A DNA stretch of 63,991 bases, the filler included, from Porpidia crustulata (Eukaryota): the NCBI GenBank assembly GCA_964255105.1. It is 4 parts of 4 records of this genome, joined end to end, with 100 filler letters (N's around TTAATTAATTAA, not from the genome) between each part and the next. Parts side by side here need not be neighbours in the genome. Positions count along the whole stretch, not along the records: positions 1 to 16,454 come from CAXUWE010000256.1; positions 16,555 to 33,001 come from CAXUWE010000257.1; 2 more parts are not named here. One strand, 5' to 3'. The notes below the pieces were generated by a model. It ran no database searches. It saw only the letters and a program-made list of their open reading frames with translations, and was not told the DNA's origin. The translations under genes were made by a program, and so were the position numbers. Shown in pieces: positions 12,171 to 24,394 of this stretch (position 1 is its first letter; every line of letters starts with the position of its first letter).

Positions 12171-12206
12171 CTGTGCCTTCTGTGCCTTCTGTGCCTTCTG
12201 TGCCTT
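12171..12206. repeat. 9-bp tandem repeat (CTGTGCCTT)x4
   Basis: Directly visible in the intergenic region upstream of the Rpn4-like gene. Confidence 0.9.
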
Positions 12207-13502
12207 CTTTGCTCTTCTTTCGTATGGGGGTCCCATCATCCTTACTGGCGGATTCGGTCCGTCAGTAGTCAGTCCCTTGCAGCTGGGTCGCGAGGACTTC
12301 TAGAACGTGGCAGGCACGCAGTCCACACGCCGAGAGACGCGGTGTGCTGTTCACACTCCAGCTTAACTCGTTTCCTAAGCCATCGGCCAGGTATACGGAC
12401 ATCAAACGAATATGAAGGTGATTTGTAATAATGAGATTGGGTCATTCTTACGACGTGGTTCGCGCCGTGGGAAGTCTGTGGAACCGAGCAAATGGTCTCG
12501 TGACTGAATAGAATTGGTCAAGTACTACCTGCTTCCTCAAATGCTCCGTGAGTCAAGACACGACTTGATTCCTAAGGAACATGGAGCGTATGACCAGGCT
12601 CCTACAATTACCCATTCGTCATCTGATGACATGTCCTCACGTGGCAACCGACGTGGTGATTAGGTTGAAACGAATGCGTATGTGAGGCTGAGTGTATTCG
12701 TTGCGAAGGAAGTCACACAGATGGCAGCTGCTAGGTAGTCAATATTGCTGACGTGTCCCGATTTATCGAGGTCTGAACTCGAAATCGCATTGCATTATTC
12801 TGTCGTACAAACAACCTCGGCAGTTGAATAGTGCCATAGAAGCCACATCAACAGCACAGTCGGTGTGGCTCAGCAGCTTTTGGTCAAGAAGTTCAGATCG
12901 CTTGGAAAGGAGTTACCGATATGGTAATTGCTAAATATGGAAGAGTTGAACCGTTAACGAATGGATTGCGGATTACGAGGAGATCAGGGTTGCCCTCGGG
13001 TGGACGCTGCTGAGACGGTTCTACCTTATTCGATACCTAATCAAGCTAATGCAACTAACAACGATAAAGCAGAGCCACAAGGAAAACTCAGTCTTAGGCC
13101 CGGCCAAGGGCGCCTCCGACAGTCTATATCCCAGCTGTGGTGAGGTTGTACCGAACTCTGCGCACGTAAAATAGTCATGTCGACGACGTCACTGTGCGTC
13201 GCTGTCCCCATCAAAGAATTCCTATCTCCGTTCGTTCATGGGCTCTTCTCTTTCATAAGGACATAGATACGTTCTTCCAGTTTTCATATCAACCCAATTC
13301 ACTATTCTCTATTCATTACGTGATAATCATTCTAAGCAATTCTAATAGTATCGATGAGTAATTGCTAAGCATACAGTCATATCATCCATCTGTTACTTTT
13401 ACGCCCTCGGCCAATTGCCACCGAGCATACAATTTGGTGCCGACGTTCCTTGTTTTTCCGACCACCGACACCTTTACACCCTATACACCCGAATTGGATA
13501 CC

Positions 13503-15662
13503 ATGTTAGTCCATGATCTCACCGAAACCTCAAATTATCTACAATCATCATCACCATTGCCAACATCTTTCAACACACAATTTGTTACTCCAGAATCCAC
13601 TTCTCTAAATCTATCAACTTTGAGCTTAGCATATATTCACCAATTGGGCGACGCATATTCCGAGTACAGATCTGCCTTAGACGCACGATACATGACGAGG
13701 AGTCCTTCGCAAAGCCCACACATTCCGTACCAGCAGTCCACTTTCGGGGGCATTACAACCTCTGAGAGCAGTCCTTCGCCGATGCTGGAGGAGAGCGCAC
13801 TTCCACGGTGGAACCAAATCAACAGCGCAAACCACCTGAGCCCGCAAACCGCCCAGCGGCTTTCCAACAACCAACATTACCGATCTCATAAGAGACTATC
13901 CTCCGGGTCATCAATCGCATCCGCTGGGCCCGACTCCCCATACCCTTCGACATCCGCCTACCCTCAAATTGTCGATTTAGATTCGACACATCTGTCATCT
14001 CCTCCGTTCGAGTCGTACGAAGGGGAATACCCGACACTCACGCAACCCTCCAAACCATTTTTCCCGCAGTCGAGCTCGGGCCTACACGAATCGTTCCTTG
14101 CACCAGTATTTGACAATTACAACCCATCAAGCTACAATGAAGAGTCTTTGATGGCCGTACAGACTGCAATGAGAGAGGCCTTGATGGAGGATCGAGGGAT
14201 AGATTACGGCAGCCATGGGCTTCCTGACCCAAGACCGCAATACGGGGAGCATTACGATCGAGAATCGAGGACATCCGACAGTCGCAGTACCGTTCCGAAG
14301 CTCGACCGCACCATGTCAGACATCTACCAGGACGAGCTGTACAATCCAAGTTTGGCCGCTTCTGCGTCATCAGCACAATCGCACCCATCGCCAAACCAGG
14401 CAAATCTTCGGTCGCAATACACGGAGGTGTTTATGAAGCGACTTGAAGACGCGAACAACAAACACTTGTCGGCCAAATCCTCTCCGTCCGGTACAGACAT
14501 CAACCGTGAGCGCTCGCCGTTCCGGCCAACTTCGGATTACGCATCCGAGGCATTTTCGCACCACCAGCCAGACTCGCCGATAACTCGCTTATCCTCGGCC
14601 GCGCGAATAAGGGAACAACAAAAACTCGAAGCGGATGCGTGTGCACAACTGGACCATCAACCGGGCAGGAATAACGAAGATGTGAGCCCGAGGACTATTT
14701 CGCCCAAAGAGGCTCAATTGGATTACATCGGGACTGAAGAAGACGCCAAGATGCCCCTCTTTCCGCAAGAGAACGTGCGCAAGCGCGGCACTGGGCTCCC
14801 AACCAATAATTCCAACAATAATCAACAACCCACTCGAAATGATGTGGATGGCAATGCTGAGAGAGGTTTCGATAGTCTCGCGTCGAGTAGACGGCAGAGT
14901 TCGTCCAATTATTCTACAGGTACTGCTACCCCTTCCGCATCGAATTTCACGTTCATGCCTCCGTCAGTCCCGGGCAATATCCAAATGCCTCAGCAATATC
15001 CATTCATTTCGCAACTGCGGCGCCAAAGCAGCAGCCTGCGCAGTACATCGGACCAGACACCCGAATTTCCAGCTCACCTGACTTCTATGGAATCCAGCAG
15101 AAGCGACAGTGGGCCAGACCAGGGAAGCAATGCGCGACAGTACCTTTCTGATGCAGAGTCGGCGAAAAGAAACTCCTCATCGTCCCCCGGCTTACGGCGT
15201 CCGTCCAACACCACAGCGGATTCGGGTAACTACACGTGTACGGAACCCGGTTGCACTCACCGCTTCGACACGGCCTTGAAACTCTTCAAGCACCGCCGCG
15301 AAGACCACCGCCGTTCTACCCCCAATCGGACAGCGGGCCCTCTGACACCCACGACCTCCTCCACGACTGCTGCCAGCAGCACCGCGAACATTTCCAGCGT
15401 CAACCGCAACAACCAAGTGGGCCCCCACAAATGCGAGCGCATCAACCCCTCAACGGGGAAACCGTGCAACACGGTGTTCTCGCGGAGCTACGATCTCACC
15501 AGACATGAAGACACGATACACAACGCGCGGAAACAAAAGGTCAGGTGTCACCTGTGCACGGAGGAGAAGACGTTCTCGAGGAACGACGCGTTGACGAGGC
15601 ACATGAGAGTCGTACACCCGGATGTGGATTTCCCGGGCAAGACAAAGAGGAGGGCGCCTTGA
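13503..15662 (+). CDS. RPN4: C2H2 zinc-finger transcription factor, Rpn4-like (start codon uncertain)
   Basis: C-terminal CERINPSTGKPCNTVFSRSYDLTRHEDTIH...CHLCTEEKTFSRNDALTRHMRVVH matches the Rpn4-type finger pair. Long Ser/Pro-rich region precedes it. Confidence 0.85.
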   Translation: MLVHDLTETSNYLQSSSPLPTSFNTQFVTPESTSLNLSTLSLAYIHQLGDAYSEYRSALDARYMTRSPSQSPHIPYQQSTFGGITTSESSPSPMLEESALPRWNQINSANHLSPQTAQRLSNNQHYRSHKRLSSGSSIASAGPDSPYPSTSAYPQIVDLDSTHLSSPPFESYEGEYPTLTQPSKPFFPQSSSGLHESFLAPVFDNYNPSSYNEESLMAVQTAMREALMEDRGIDYGSHGLPDPRPQYGEHYDRESRTSDSRSTVPKLDRTMSDIYQDELYNPSLAASASSAQSHPSPNQANLRSQYTEVFMKRLEDANNKHLSAKSSPSGTDINRERSPFRPTSDYASEAFSHHQPDSPITRLSSAARIREQQKLEADACAQLDHQPGRNNEDVSPRTISPKEAQLDYIGTEEDAKMPLFPQENVRKRGTGLPTNNSNNNQQPTRNDVDGNAERGFDSLASSRRQSSSNYSTGTATPSASNFTFMPPSVPGNIQMPQQYPFISQLRRQSSSLRSTSDQTPEFPAHLTSMESSRSDSGPDQGSNARQYLSDAESAKRNSSSSPGLRRPSNTTADSGNYTCTEPGCTHRFDTALKLFKHRREDHRRSTPNRTAGPLTPTTSSTTAASSTANISSVNRNNQVGPHKCERINPSTGKPCNTVFSRSYDLTRHEDTIHNARKQKVRCHLCTEEKTFSRNDALTRHMRVVHPDVDFPGKTKRRAP

Positions 15663-16106
15663 TGGTTTTTTGGCCTTGGGCGCGATGGGAGGAAGTGGGA
15701 TCCGAAGCAACAAAAGGCGGATTGGATAGTAATCAACAAAAGCACACTCAAGGGGTTTTGAGCGAAGGCTATAGCCATATAATGTTAAGGATCAAGGATA
15801 CTATTTACACGACATAATCAACGAAGTAAGAAAAGCAAGAGGACAATGTACCACCATCGACACCACCACCACTATTATCACACCTCTACAGAAACCCTCG
15901 AAAACCTCCATGGATTTAGCGACCAGCATCCCCACCGGCGCGCGGAGTCAGCCTTATATTCTAATTTCCTTTTCATCGTCTTTTTGCTTTTTGGCTGACG
16001 GAAGCGAATAATTAATATCACGAACATCACGAATTTTATTATCATTGTTATTGTTGTTGTTTTTGTTTTTTGTGGACTTACTGGCTTATGGGCCTAAGTC
16101 TCGGAG

Positions 16107-16140
16107 TGGGATGGAATGGGATGGAATGGGATGGGAAGGG
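16107..16140. repeat. Pentanucleotide microsatellite (TGGGA/TGGAA)n
   Basis: tgggatggaatgggatggaatgggatgggaaggg in the low-complexity contig end. Confidence 0.8.
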
Positions 16141-16454
16141 TTTCTTGTATGATATGATAGGGAAGCTGTGATGGATGAGCTTATCTAGCTTAATGTCTTT
16201 TTTGGTTTTGTTTTTTTATAAGAATGGGAAGGGGGTTAATGGGATTGGGATGGGAAGCAAGGGTTTTTTTGGAGAAGGATTGAGGACTTTTGAAAAAAGG
16301 AGAAAAGGTAGATAGATATCAAAACTCATTCAATAACATTAACATCAACATCAACATGATCATTATCAACTTCCATGCCTTGCTTATTGTATAACACCAT
16401 CATCAAGAACAAAAATATGGTTCATATTTTTTTCTTTTCTTCCCTCTCCCATCC

Positions 16455-16554
16455 NNNNNNNNNNNNNNNNNNNNNNNNNNNNNNNNNNNNNNNNNNNNTT
16501 AATTAATTAANNNNNNNNNNNNNNNNNNNNNNNNNNNNNNNNNNNNNNNNNNNN
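16455..16554. other. Artificial contig linker N44-TTAATTAATTAA-N44
   Basis: Exactly 100 nt with a six-frame stop core. Identical at three places. Confidence 0.98.
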
Positions 16555-17768
16555 CTCGCCGCAAATCAGGGGGGCGATGACGCGAATGTAATTTTCCAGT
16601 AGCCGGCCTTAGGAGTATTCAGGATTGGCCACAACACAAGACCGATATAAATTTACGGGAGATTTCCATGCACTCACTAAGTCAGAGTCGCTTGAAATCA
16701 AAGTACCTACAGTTTGTCTTGTAACAGAGTGCGTCTCTTGACCCAGGGACGGACATTACCCTAGTCCTAGAATCATATAGGGACGCTGAAAAGTTATTAT
16801 CAGCCTTGTGGCGGCTGTGAGGCGTTATGACATGCGGCGTCGCCGCATCGGTTGGTACCGCCAAGCCACGATGAAGGAGCCTTTGCCCCACTCGGCATAT
16901 CCCGCGTAATAGTTACTGTATTTTACAGCCCAATCTGTTTTGTGGCTGATAGACCTGTGGCTGCGAATTTTTTTATTGCGCCGAACTTCGACTAATTATA
17001 CAAGAAATTTACCTTAGTACAAGCCATGATAATTCATCAATACAAAGATAGACTAGGTCGGCAATGTGCGACATATCAGCATAGCTGTTGTCCACTCGTA
17101 ATACACTACTTGAGGAACGTTTACACAAAATTCCTGACGACCTCAATCGGATGATATATCTCCGCGAGGTGAGATCCTATTGCAGTAGGACTCGCGATAT
17201 TCGTCCTTGAACTCTGCTGATTTGTCATCTCTGCTGCGAGATCACCAAAAAAATACTCAAACATGAGCATTTGATATACACATGATACTCTTAAAAATAG
17301 ATCTCAACTTCTAAGCATTGCGTTTACTAAGAGCGTTATGCGAATTGTTGAAGCTTATGTAGAAGACTTGGCAGTTTATTTACTAGTACCCGAGGGACCG
17401 TGTGTGGTGCGTCACTGGCTTAGATAAAGACCGCAGACCTCCAGCACACAGGGCTGCTCAGCAGTCGAGAATCAAGACATCTATATTACTTGATATCTAC
17501 GAAAAACTCGAGCAGGACGTAAACTGTGTCACGTTCATTGACCAAATTAAGACTGGTTGCCCCTTGGAAACCACAGTCTACACAGTGGGAACGCCGATTC
17601 TCTATGCTCCACAGGCTGTTACAGGCTCTTTAAATCGTCAGTTTCACTGGTCACTAAGGTAGGACCGAAAACAACTGCCATCAACTATATACACCTTTCG
17701 GTCCTAGCTGCGCTATTGTAAGCTCGAGAGGTATCATATGGATCATCTGAAGCATCTCACTGTATCCA

Positions 17769-20419
17769 ATGATGCGGAACAAAGCCTCGTCTTCAATGCA
17801 GAAGACGTACGATGATTGCTATCTGATCTGCTCGACAGCGATATATTTCGAGGGACAGGTTGGTTTCCTAGCTCCATTGAGATGTGTGGAACTCCGTACT
17901 AAATACAGAATATAGAACAACGAAGACGAAGCTTTACGCTCATGGCGTTCTGCCCTCGATCAGATCTACTACCATAATGCGTACAAAATCCCGCCCAATC
18001 ACAAGCCTAAATCAGAAACCGAGAAGGCTCTCCAGGATTCGCTTCGTGATATGGAATTGCAGTGTAAGGAACGAGTAGATCTTCTTGAGGCACTGCGGAA
18101 AAGTAGGAAAGAGGCGACGGAAAGCGGTGACCGCTCTAGCGAAAGCTCTACCAGACGGAATGGTCCTGCAGTACCCGATAAGGCGGACTACCACAAATCG
18201 CGGTACTCATCAGCAAGTTCAATTGGGCAGAGCCCAGCTCCTGCTGCCAATTATCCTGATTTGTCGAAACCGCCTCCTTTGGCTCAGCGGCCAACTAGTT
18301 TGCAGCAATCCGCCACCGGTAACATGGCCGAGCGATCTTACAGCAGTCCTCAGATAAGCACTGTCGGATCTGGTTTGCCTTACTCACCACCAGCGCTTTT
18401 TCCAGTGACGAAACAGCCGTCGCGAGAACAGAGCCCCGAAAAGAGGAGTCGAATGTTGACTACTTTGCGTGTGGGTAAAGATGGGAAGAAGCCCTCAAAG
18501 TCACCCAGAACTTCAAATGGATTTAGGTCAGGCCCACCTCCTGCTTCCTCTAGAGCCGCAGGTCTGGCATGGGACTCTATAAGAGGGCCTGGACAGAAGT
18601 TTGGGCAGACACTTCCTGCACAGAATAGTAGCTCGACAACTGTGAACATTTTGAATCGTGACAGCCTCGGAGGTAGCTCTACCTTCCTCCCCGAGCCAAC
18701 GGTTGCAATTGATGGGCAGGACCTCGTTAGCGGGCGCATCAGCCCTGCGCGGCCACCTATTGGATCCAATTCACCATCTTCCAAAGACCAGCAAAGACCG
18801 AATAGCTTTCACTTAGGCGACCCACACTCAACCCAACATCTTACGAACGGAATATCGTATCCTCAGTTTCAGCTCAGCAGCAACCTAAACTCCTCGAAGT
18901 CTCTGACACCGCCGAAACCTGATCGCCCCGATACCGACTCTAACAGTACGCAAATCAAGAGTACTTCTCCAGTACGGCCCAAGGCCCAGGCTGATTATCT
19001 CTCTTACCGCAACGAGTATCCGGCTCCTGCCCCTATTTCTAAAGCAGCTCAAGCCTCGGCTGTACGACCAATTAGATCTCATGAAAGCTCGAACACTTCG
19101 GATTTGCCCACAAGACATAGATCTCCACAGAGGAAGGTTCGACCTCCTGTTTCTGGCGATGTCACACGGCGCGCTGTAGCTAACATATCCTCACCTCGTT
19201 CGACAACACAAAGTACGAGTGATTCTGGCAAGGCGGGCTCCTCAGAAAGCGCCGATGAGAATACCAGCAGTAGTCGGGATGAGAGACAAGACCAATATCA
19301 TCCCATCCGCAAAAAGGAGGCTAATTCTACCTCGAAACGCGTAGACTCGCAACAAAATCGTCCTGAAATATCAGATACCGCCCTGGCTTGGGACAAGCGT
19401 ATTAAGCAAATTAAGAAGAAACTTCCCAAGGGTGTCGATGAGGGTGCTGCAAATCAGATATTCAACGAGATTGTGGTCCAGGGTGACGAAGTACACTGGG
19501 ACGATGTGGCTGGCTTAGATGTAGCTAAGAAGGCCTTGAAAGAAGCTGTTGTCTACCCATTTCTGAGACCAGACCTTTTTATGGGTCTTCGAGAGCCTGC
19601 TAGGGGGATGTTGCTTTTCGGCCCTCCAGGCACTGGGAAGACGATGCTTGCGAGAGCTGTGGCCACTGAATCGCGGTCTACATTCTTTGCAATTTCAGCC
19701 AGCAGCTTGACTTCGAAATGGCTGGGTGAATCCGAGAAATTGGTTCGGGCTTTATTTGCTTTGGCAAAAGCACTTGCTCCATCTATCATCTTTGTCGACG
19801 AGATTGACTCGTTATTGTCGTCGCGCGGCGGATCGAGCGAGCATGAGTCGACCAGACGCATCAAGACCGAATTCTTGATCCAATGGTCGGACTTGCAACG
19901 AGCGGCTGCGGGAAAGCAGCAGAGTGACAAAGAGAAGACAGAAGGCGATGCTAGCAGAGTCTTGGTCCTTGCCGCTACCAACATGCCTTGGGCAATCGAT
20001 GAAGCAGCTCGGCGCCGTTTTGTACGCCGACAGTATATTCCATTGCCCGAAGCTGAGATTAGAGCGACTCAGCTTCGAACATTACTGGGCCATCAGAAGC
20101 ACAATTTAAATAAACAGGATATCCAAGTTCTAGTTGAACTAACAGACGGTATTACCACCTGCGACCGTTGTATTAAAGTTACTGACACCCAACTATAGGG
20201 TTCTCTGGATCTGATATTACAGCTCTGGCGAAGGATGCAGCTATGGGACCACTACGAAGCCTTGGGGAGGCATTGCTGTTCATGTCTATGGACGAGATTA
20301 GGCCGATACAGTTCGACGATTTCGAGACTAGTTTGATAAACATACGGCCCAGTGTGAGCAAGCTGGGTTTACAGCAATTCGAAGATTGGGCCAGGGAGTT
20401 TGGAGAACGAGGTGGCTGA
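17769..20419 (+). CDS. AAA+ ATPase, Sap1/Yta6 (spastin/fidgetin-like) family (exons 17769-17858, 17916-20148, 20199-20419)
   Basis: Walker A GPPGTGKT, Walker B IIFVDEID, pore loop [27 protein letters not shown]-terminal FEDWAREFG. Confidence 0.93.
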
Positions 20420-21409
20420 AGACAATTTGTACTCGATGGCTCTGAGGATTACAAATGGCTGCATGGTGTTTGGAACGGGGTTTGGGAAGCGATGTTCAGC
20501 GGAACGCCCATTTCCCTCTCTTAAGTCTATCAAATTTTGACGATTGAAGAACTATATGCAGGCTTCTGCTTCCATGTATGAACGAGGCCCTGGCTAATAC
20601 GTGGTCATATGCTCTCCGCAGTGCAATCTCACCGGACCAGGCCCCTCTGTCTAACCTTTCCAACGGACGCCACTCCGTTATACCTAATTTTGATAAGTCA
20701 CTCGTGTCTGCCGACCAGCTCGCTGACGTCCCGACACTTGTACGAGACTTCTACTCATTCATTAGTAAGCGTGGGAGTTGGTGAATCACATCATCGCAAA
20801 CACGGGCTTGATTTCTTAGTCATTGTTCTTGGTCTGAGGTACCTACTAAACTGATCGTCGCCAAGGACTTGACCAATTACCGAGGATTTGAGATCGAGGT
20901 GCCTATGTTCTTTGATCTCAAAGTTGTACTGACCACCGAAGAAGGGTGTGAGAAGGCACCAATGAGTCCAGGGTTATTCTTATTGCCAACGCACGCGCTA
21001 ATGCGAACCTGGCAATGGTTTACGGGCTACAGTACCTACAGGCGCTACAACACCCTTCCTGTAACCAGAGCTGGATCGTACGTATCTCCAGGATGATAGA
21101 CCAAGCCTAAGTAATGTACGCTGGGTCTTTGATCATTCAACCAGGGCAATATGAAGACAAGACTGGATGCCTACCTACCTACAAGCCTGAACCAAGCCCT
21201 AACATTCCTAACACTTTGAGTTACCCCAACGCTGCAGCAAACCGTTGTCTGGCTAGCGCCGTACAACCCTCCTTTAGGTGGGCACCTTACGTGTTATAAG
21301 ATAGCAGCAGCTTCCATTCATTCCACACATTCAAGCACAGCTTCCCAGTTGTTCAAACACTCAAGGTTAAATCAATGATCATTTTGAGGAACAACTAACT
21401 ACCCAAGCC

Positions 21410-23478
21410 ATGCCTTCTGTGCAGTCTTCGTTGTCTAAACTTATCTTTTCACGTACTGAATGTCAATCTGCAACGGACTATGTCCAGGCCGCTCGTAATT
21501 GGGCTGAGTCGAATGTACTTGCCACGTTATTTCTCCTTGTCTTCCTATATACTGCGACTCCAGCAGTATACCGGCTCTACTTAAGTCCACTGGCCAAGTT
21601 CCCAGGCAGAAAATTGGCTGCATCGACTCTGTGGTACGAGTTCTACCATGACTACTTCAGAAGAGGTAAATACACGTGGGAGATTGCCGCCATGCATGAG
21701 AAATATGGTATCCTATTTCACTCCAACCCCGACTAAGCACGTTGGAGCTCAGTGACATCGTAGGTCCCATTGTCCGTATCAGTCCTCATGAGCTTCATAT
21801 CAACGATGCAGACTACTATGAGCATCTCTATGGCCATGGTCTCAAGCTCGACAAGTACTGGTGGATAACAAGAATGTTTGGCGTCTCTGGCTCCACACAA
21901 GGCACCGTCCCCAATGATCTCCACCGCCTCCGTCGCAGCGCCCTCTCTCCGTTCTTTTCTGTCGCCAAAACCGTTCAGCTCGAAGGTCTCATCACCGCCA
22001 AGGTCGACAAACTCTGCCGGCTCATGCGGCAACATCAGGTGTCCAAATCCCCAATCAACCTGTATTCAGCGTATAGAGCGTTATCGATTGATGTCATTTC
22101 CGATTACGCTATGGCAAGATCCTTCAACTATTTGGATAGAGATGACTTGGGAAGACCATGGGTTGACATGATTAACAACGCCACCGAAGCTGGATACCTG
22201 ACTCGCCAATTCGGATGGTTCCTACCATTGATGAAGAGTTTGCCATACAAGCTGACGATGTGGCTGTTTCCTGCTGCGGCAGCTACCCTTGGAATACACA
22301 AGGTATCTGTCTTTCTGTACTTAAAAAATTCTCTTTTGAATCCTCAGCTGCCATCCTTTTTCTTGGTTCAACGTCCTGCTTGGAGGTATAATCCCAGCCT
22401 TGCAATTTGCAAGGAGCCCCTTCCAAATTTCCAATACTTTCAACAATAGCAAACAATGGGAATCGCAACTTTTACAACACATAAATTTTATATCGTAAAG
22501 GCATTCGAGTTCTTGTACTGATACGCATTTCCATCAAGCAAAATCTGGATCAGGTGACCGCTATCAAAAATGCCGGTCCCAATGCTCCCTACGATGAGAA
22601 GAATCATCCGACTATTTTCTACGAGCTCCTCTTTAGATCACGTCTCCCACCCCGCGAGCTCGATATCGACCGTGTAGCTCAAGAAGGCACCCTTGTTACA
22701 GTCGCCGGCTCCGAGACTGTTGGCAACTCAATGACCGCCTTGCATTATTATCTCCTTGCCAACCCCGCTAAGCTTGCGCGTCTTAGAACGGAGCTTGTCG
22801 AAGCAATGCCAGATCCAAATTGCATACCTACTTGGCAGGAGCTCAAGAAGCTACCATATTTGACCGCCTGCATCGAAGAGAACCTCAGGATATCAGCCGG
22901 TATACCGCATCGTCTGGCACGCATGGCTCCAAAACAAGGGTTGAAGTTTCACGGATGGTATATCCCTGCTGGCACACCCGTCAGTATGAGCATCTATATC
23001 TTGCAGAGAATGAACCCCAAAATATTCCCTCAGCCAGATGAATTCATACCCGAGCGGTGGATGGGACCTGACGCGAAAGAATTGAAGAAATATCTCGTGC
23101 CATTTTCTAAGGGGCCGAGGCAGTGTTTGGGAGTCGAGTAAGTACTAATCAATCCACTCTATTCTTACCATCTTCTTTGTCGTAATGGTCAATTCTTGCG
23201 AATTTGCGAAGATGGCATCAGGAACCGTATCAAAGAAGGAACTCCTCATGTCTCAGATTCCTTGGATGAAATCGTTGCAAATTTGTGCTGCTGTTACTTG
23301 CTGACCACCCTGCTGCAGTCTCGCATACGCGGAGCTATATCTTATCACGGCTCTGGTGCAGCGGCGCTTTGACACGCGACTCTTCGAAACCACTTTGGAA
23401 GACGTAGATATGGCACATGACTTCTTTGTCGCCTCGGCCAAGACAGATTCGAAAGGCGTAAGGGTCATTGTGCAATAG
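21410..23478 (+). CDS. Cytochrome P450, trichodiene oxygenase/CYP58-clan-like (exons 21410-21707, 21764-22302, 22539-23137, 23319-23478)
   Basis: N-terminal TM, PLAKFPG, HEKYGPIVRISPHELH, I-helix AGSETV, EENLR (ExxR), PERW, heme motif FSKGPRQCLG. Confidence 0.93.
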
Positions 23479-24394
23479 GACGAAGAGTTGACGATAATGA
23501 CTGAAGGAGAACATCAATCTCCGATGACTGCACGTCTATTCTGGTTCTGAGACTTTTTCGGGGGGTAAAGTCATAGGGCAGCAGGGGAGAAACGTACAGC
23601 CCGAAAGATCACTTCGTGGTCGATTGAAAAGCAGGAGGAGTGCTTCTTTACAACAGAAGTCTTTGAAAATTCCTAGCTACCGCATTTATTCTCCACATCA
23701 GATCCAGCTGCAACAGCTTCACGTCGCTAGTTACAAGTCCACACAGCTTTGACAACAAACTAAGTGTCTCGATGACCGGCTCCTCACAGACAGTCATGCA
23801 TAGAGAAGCATAGTAGATTTCAACAATGTCCGTTTTGTAGATGATGTTCAGTCCATGTATGAACCGGCCAGTGGAGTGCGTGAGTGCCTGATAGTTGCCA
23901 TAGCACCATAGGTCGCGTGGTGGTGAGCCGGCGAGTCAGGGCCGTGTTCCGCAGCTGGGAAAACGCCATTCTTAGTCAACCGACGCCTCGGCTCGAAGTC
24001 GCCTGAACTAGGTTGAGATGCCTGCCTTAGGTTTCTGAATGCCTTTTGGACTATGATCCAACAATCATATTCACGTTTTCTACTCCATGCGTGACTGTCA
24101 AGCTACTATTGCTAAGTAGTGTCAGTCTCTGAATCCTTAGTCACGGCTTTGGACATTACTGTCACCTTTTCACTCTAGCTCTACCACCATCACGAAGCTC
24201 TGTGTCTCGATCTCGTCTGCGCGAGATCAGCACTGAGCATCGTCTCATCTCTCACCACGTCTTCCCAGTCTCGAAAGAGGAAAGCCACCGAGAACATTGA
24301 CGTTGAGATCAAGAGCAAGAAGCAGCCCAAGACCACGCAAGCGAAGGGAGAACACCCATCAACAACAACTTTAAACACACCTCCACTAACCACT

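Noticed and set aside
13637..15817. Numerous antisense and alternate-frame ORFs over the Rpn4-like gene (and other long CDSs)
   Set aside because: Shadow ORFs of GC-balanced coding sequence, with no motifs.
16499..16510. TTAATTAATTAA palindrome recurring every ~16.5 kb
   Set aside because: Always embedded in N44 pads, so it is an assembly linker rather than a biological periodic element.
17030..17430. Protein-like fragment LLSTRNTLLEERLHKIPDDLNRMIYLRE followed by GTGAGA
   Set aside because: Could not assemble a coherent spliced gene or recognise a family.
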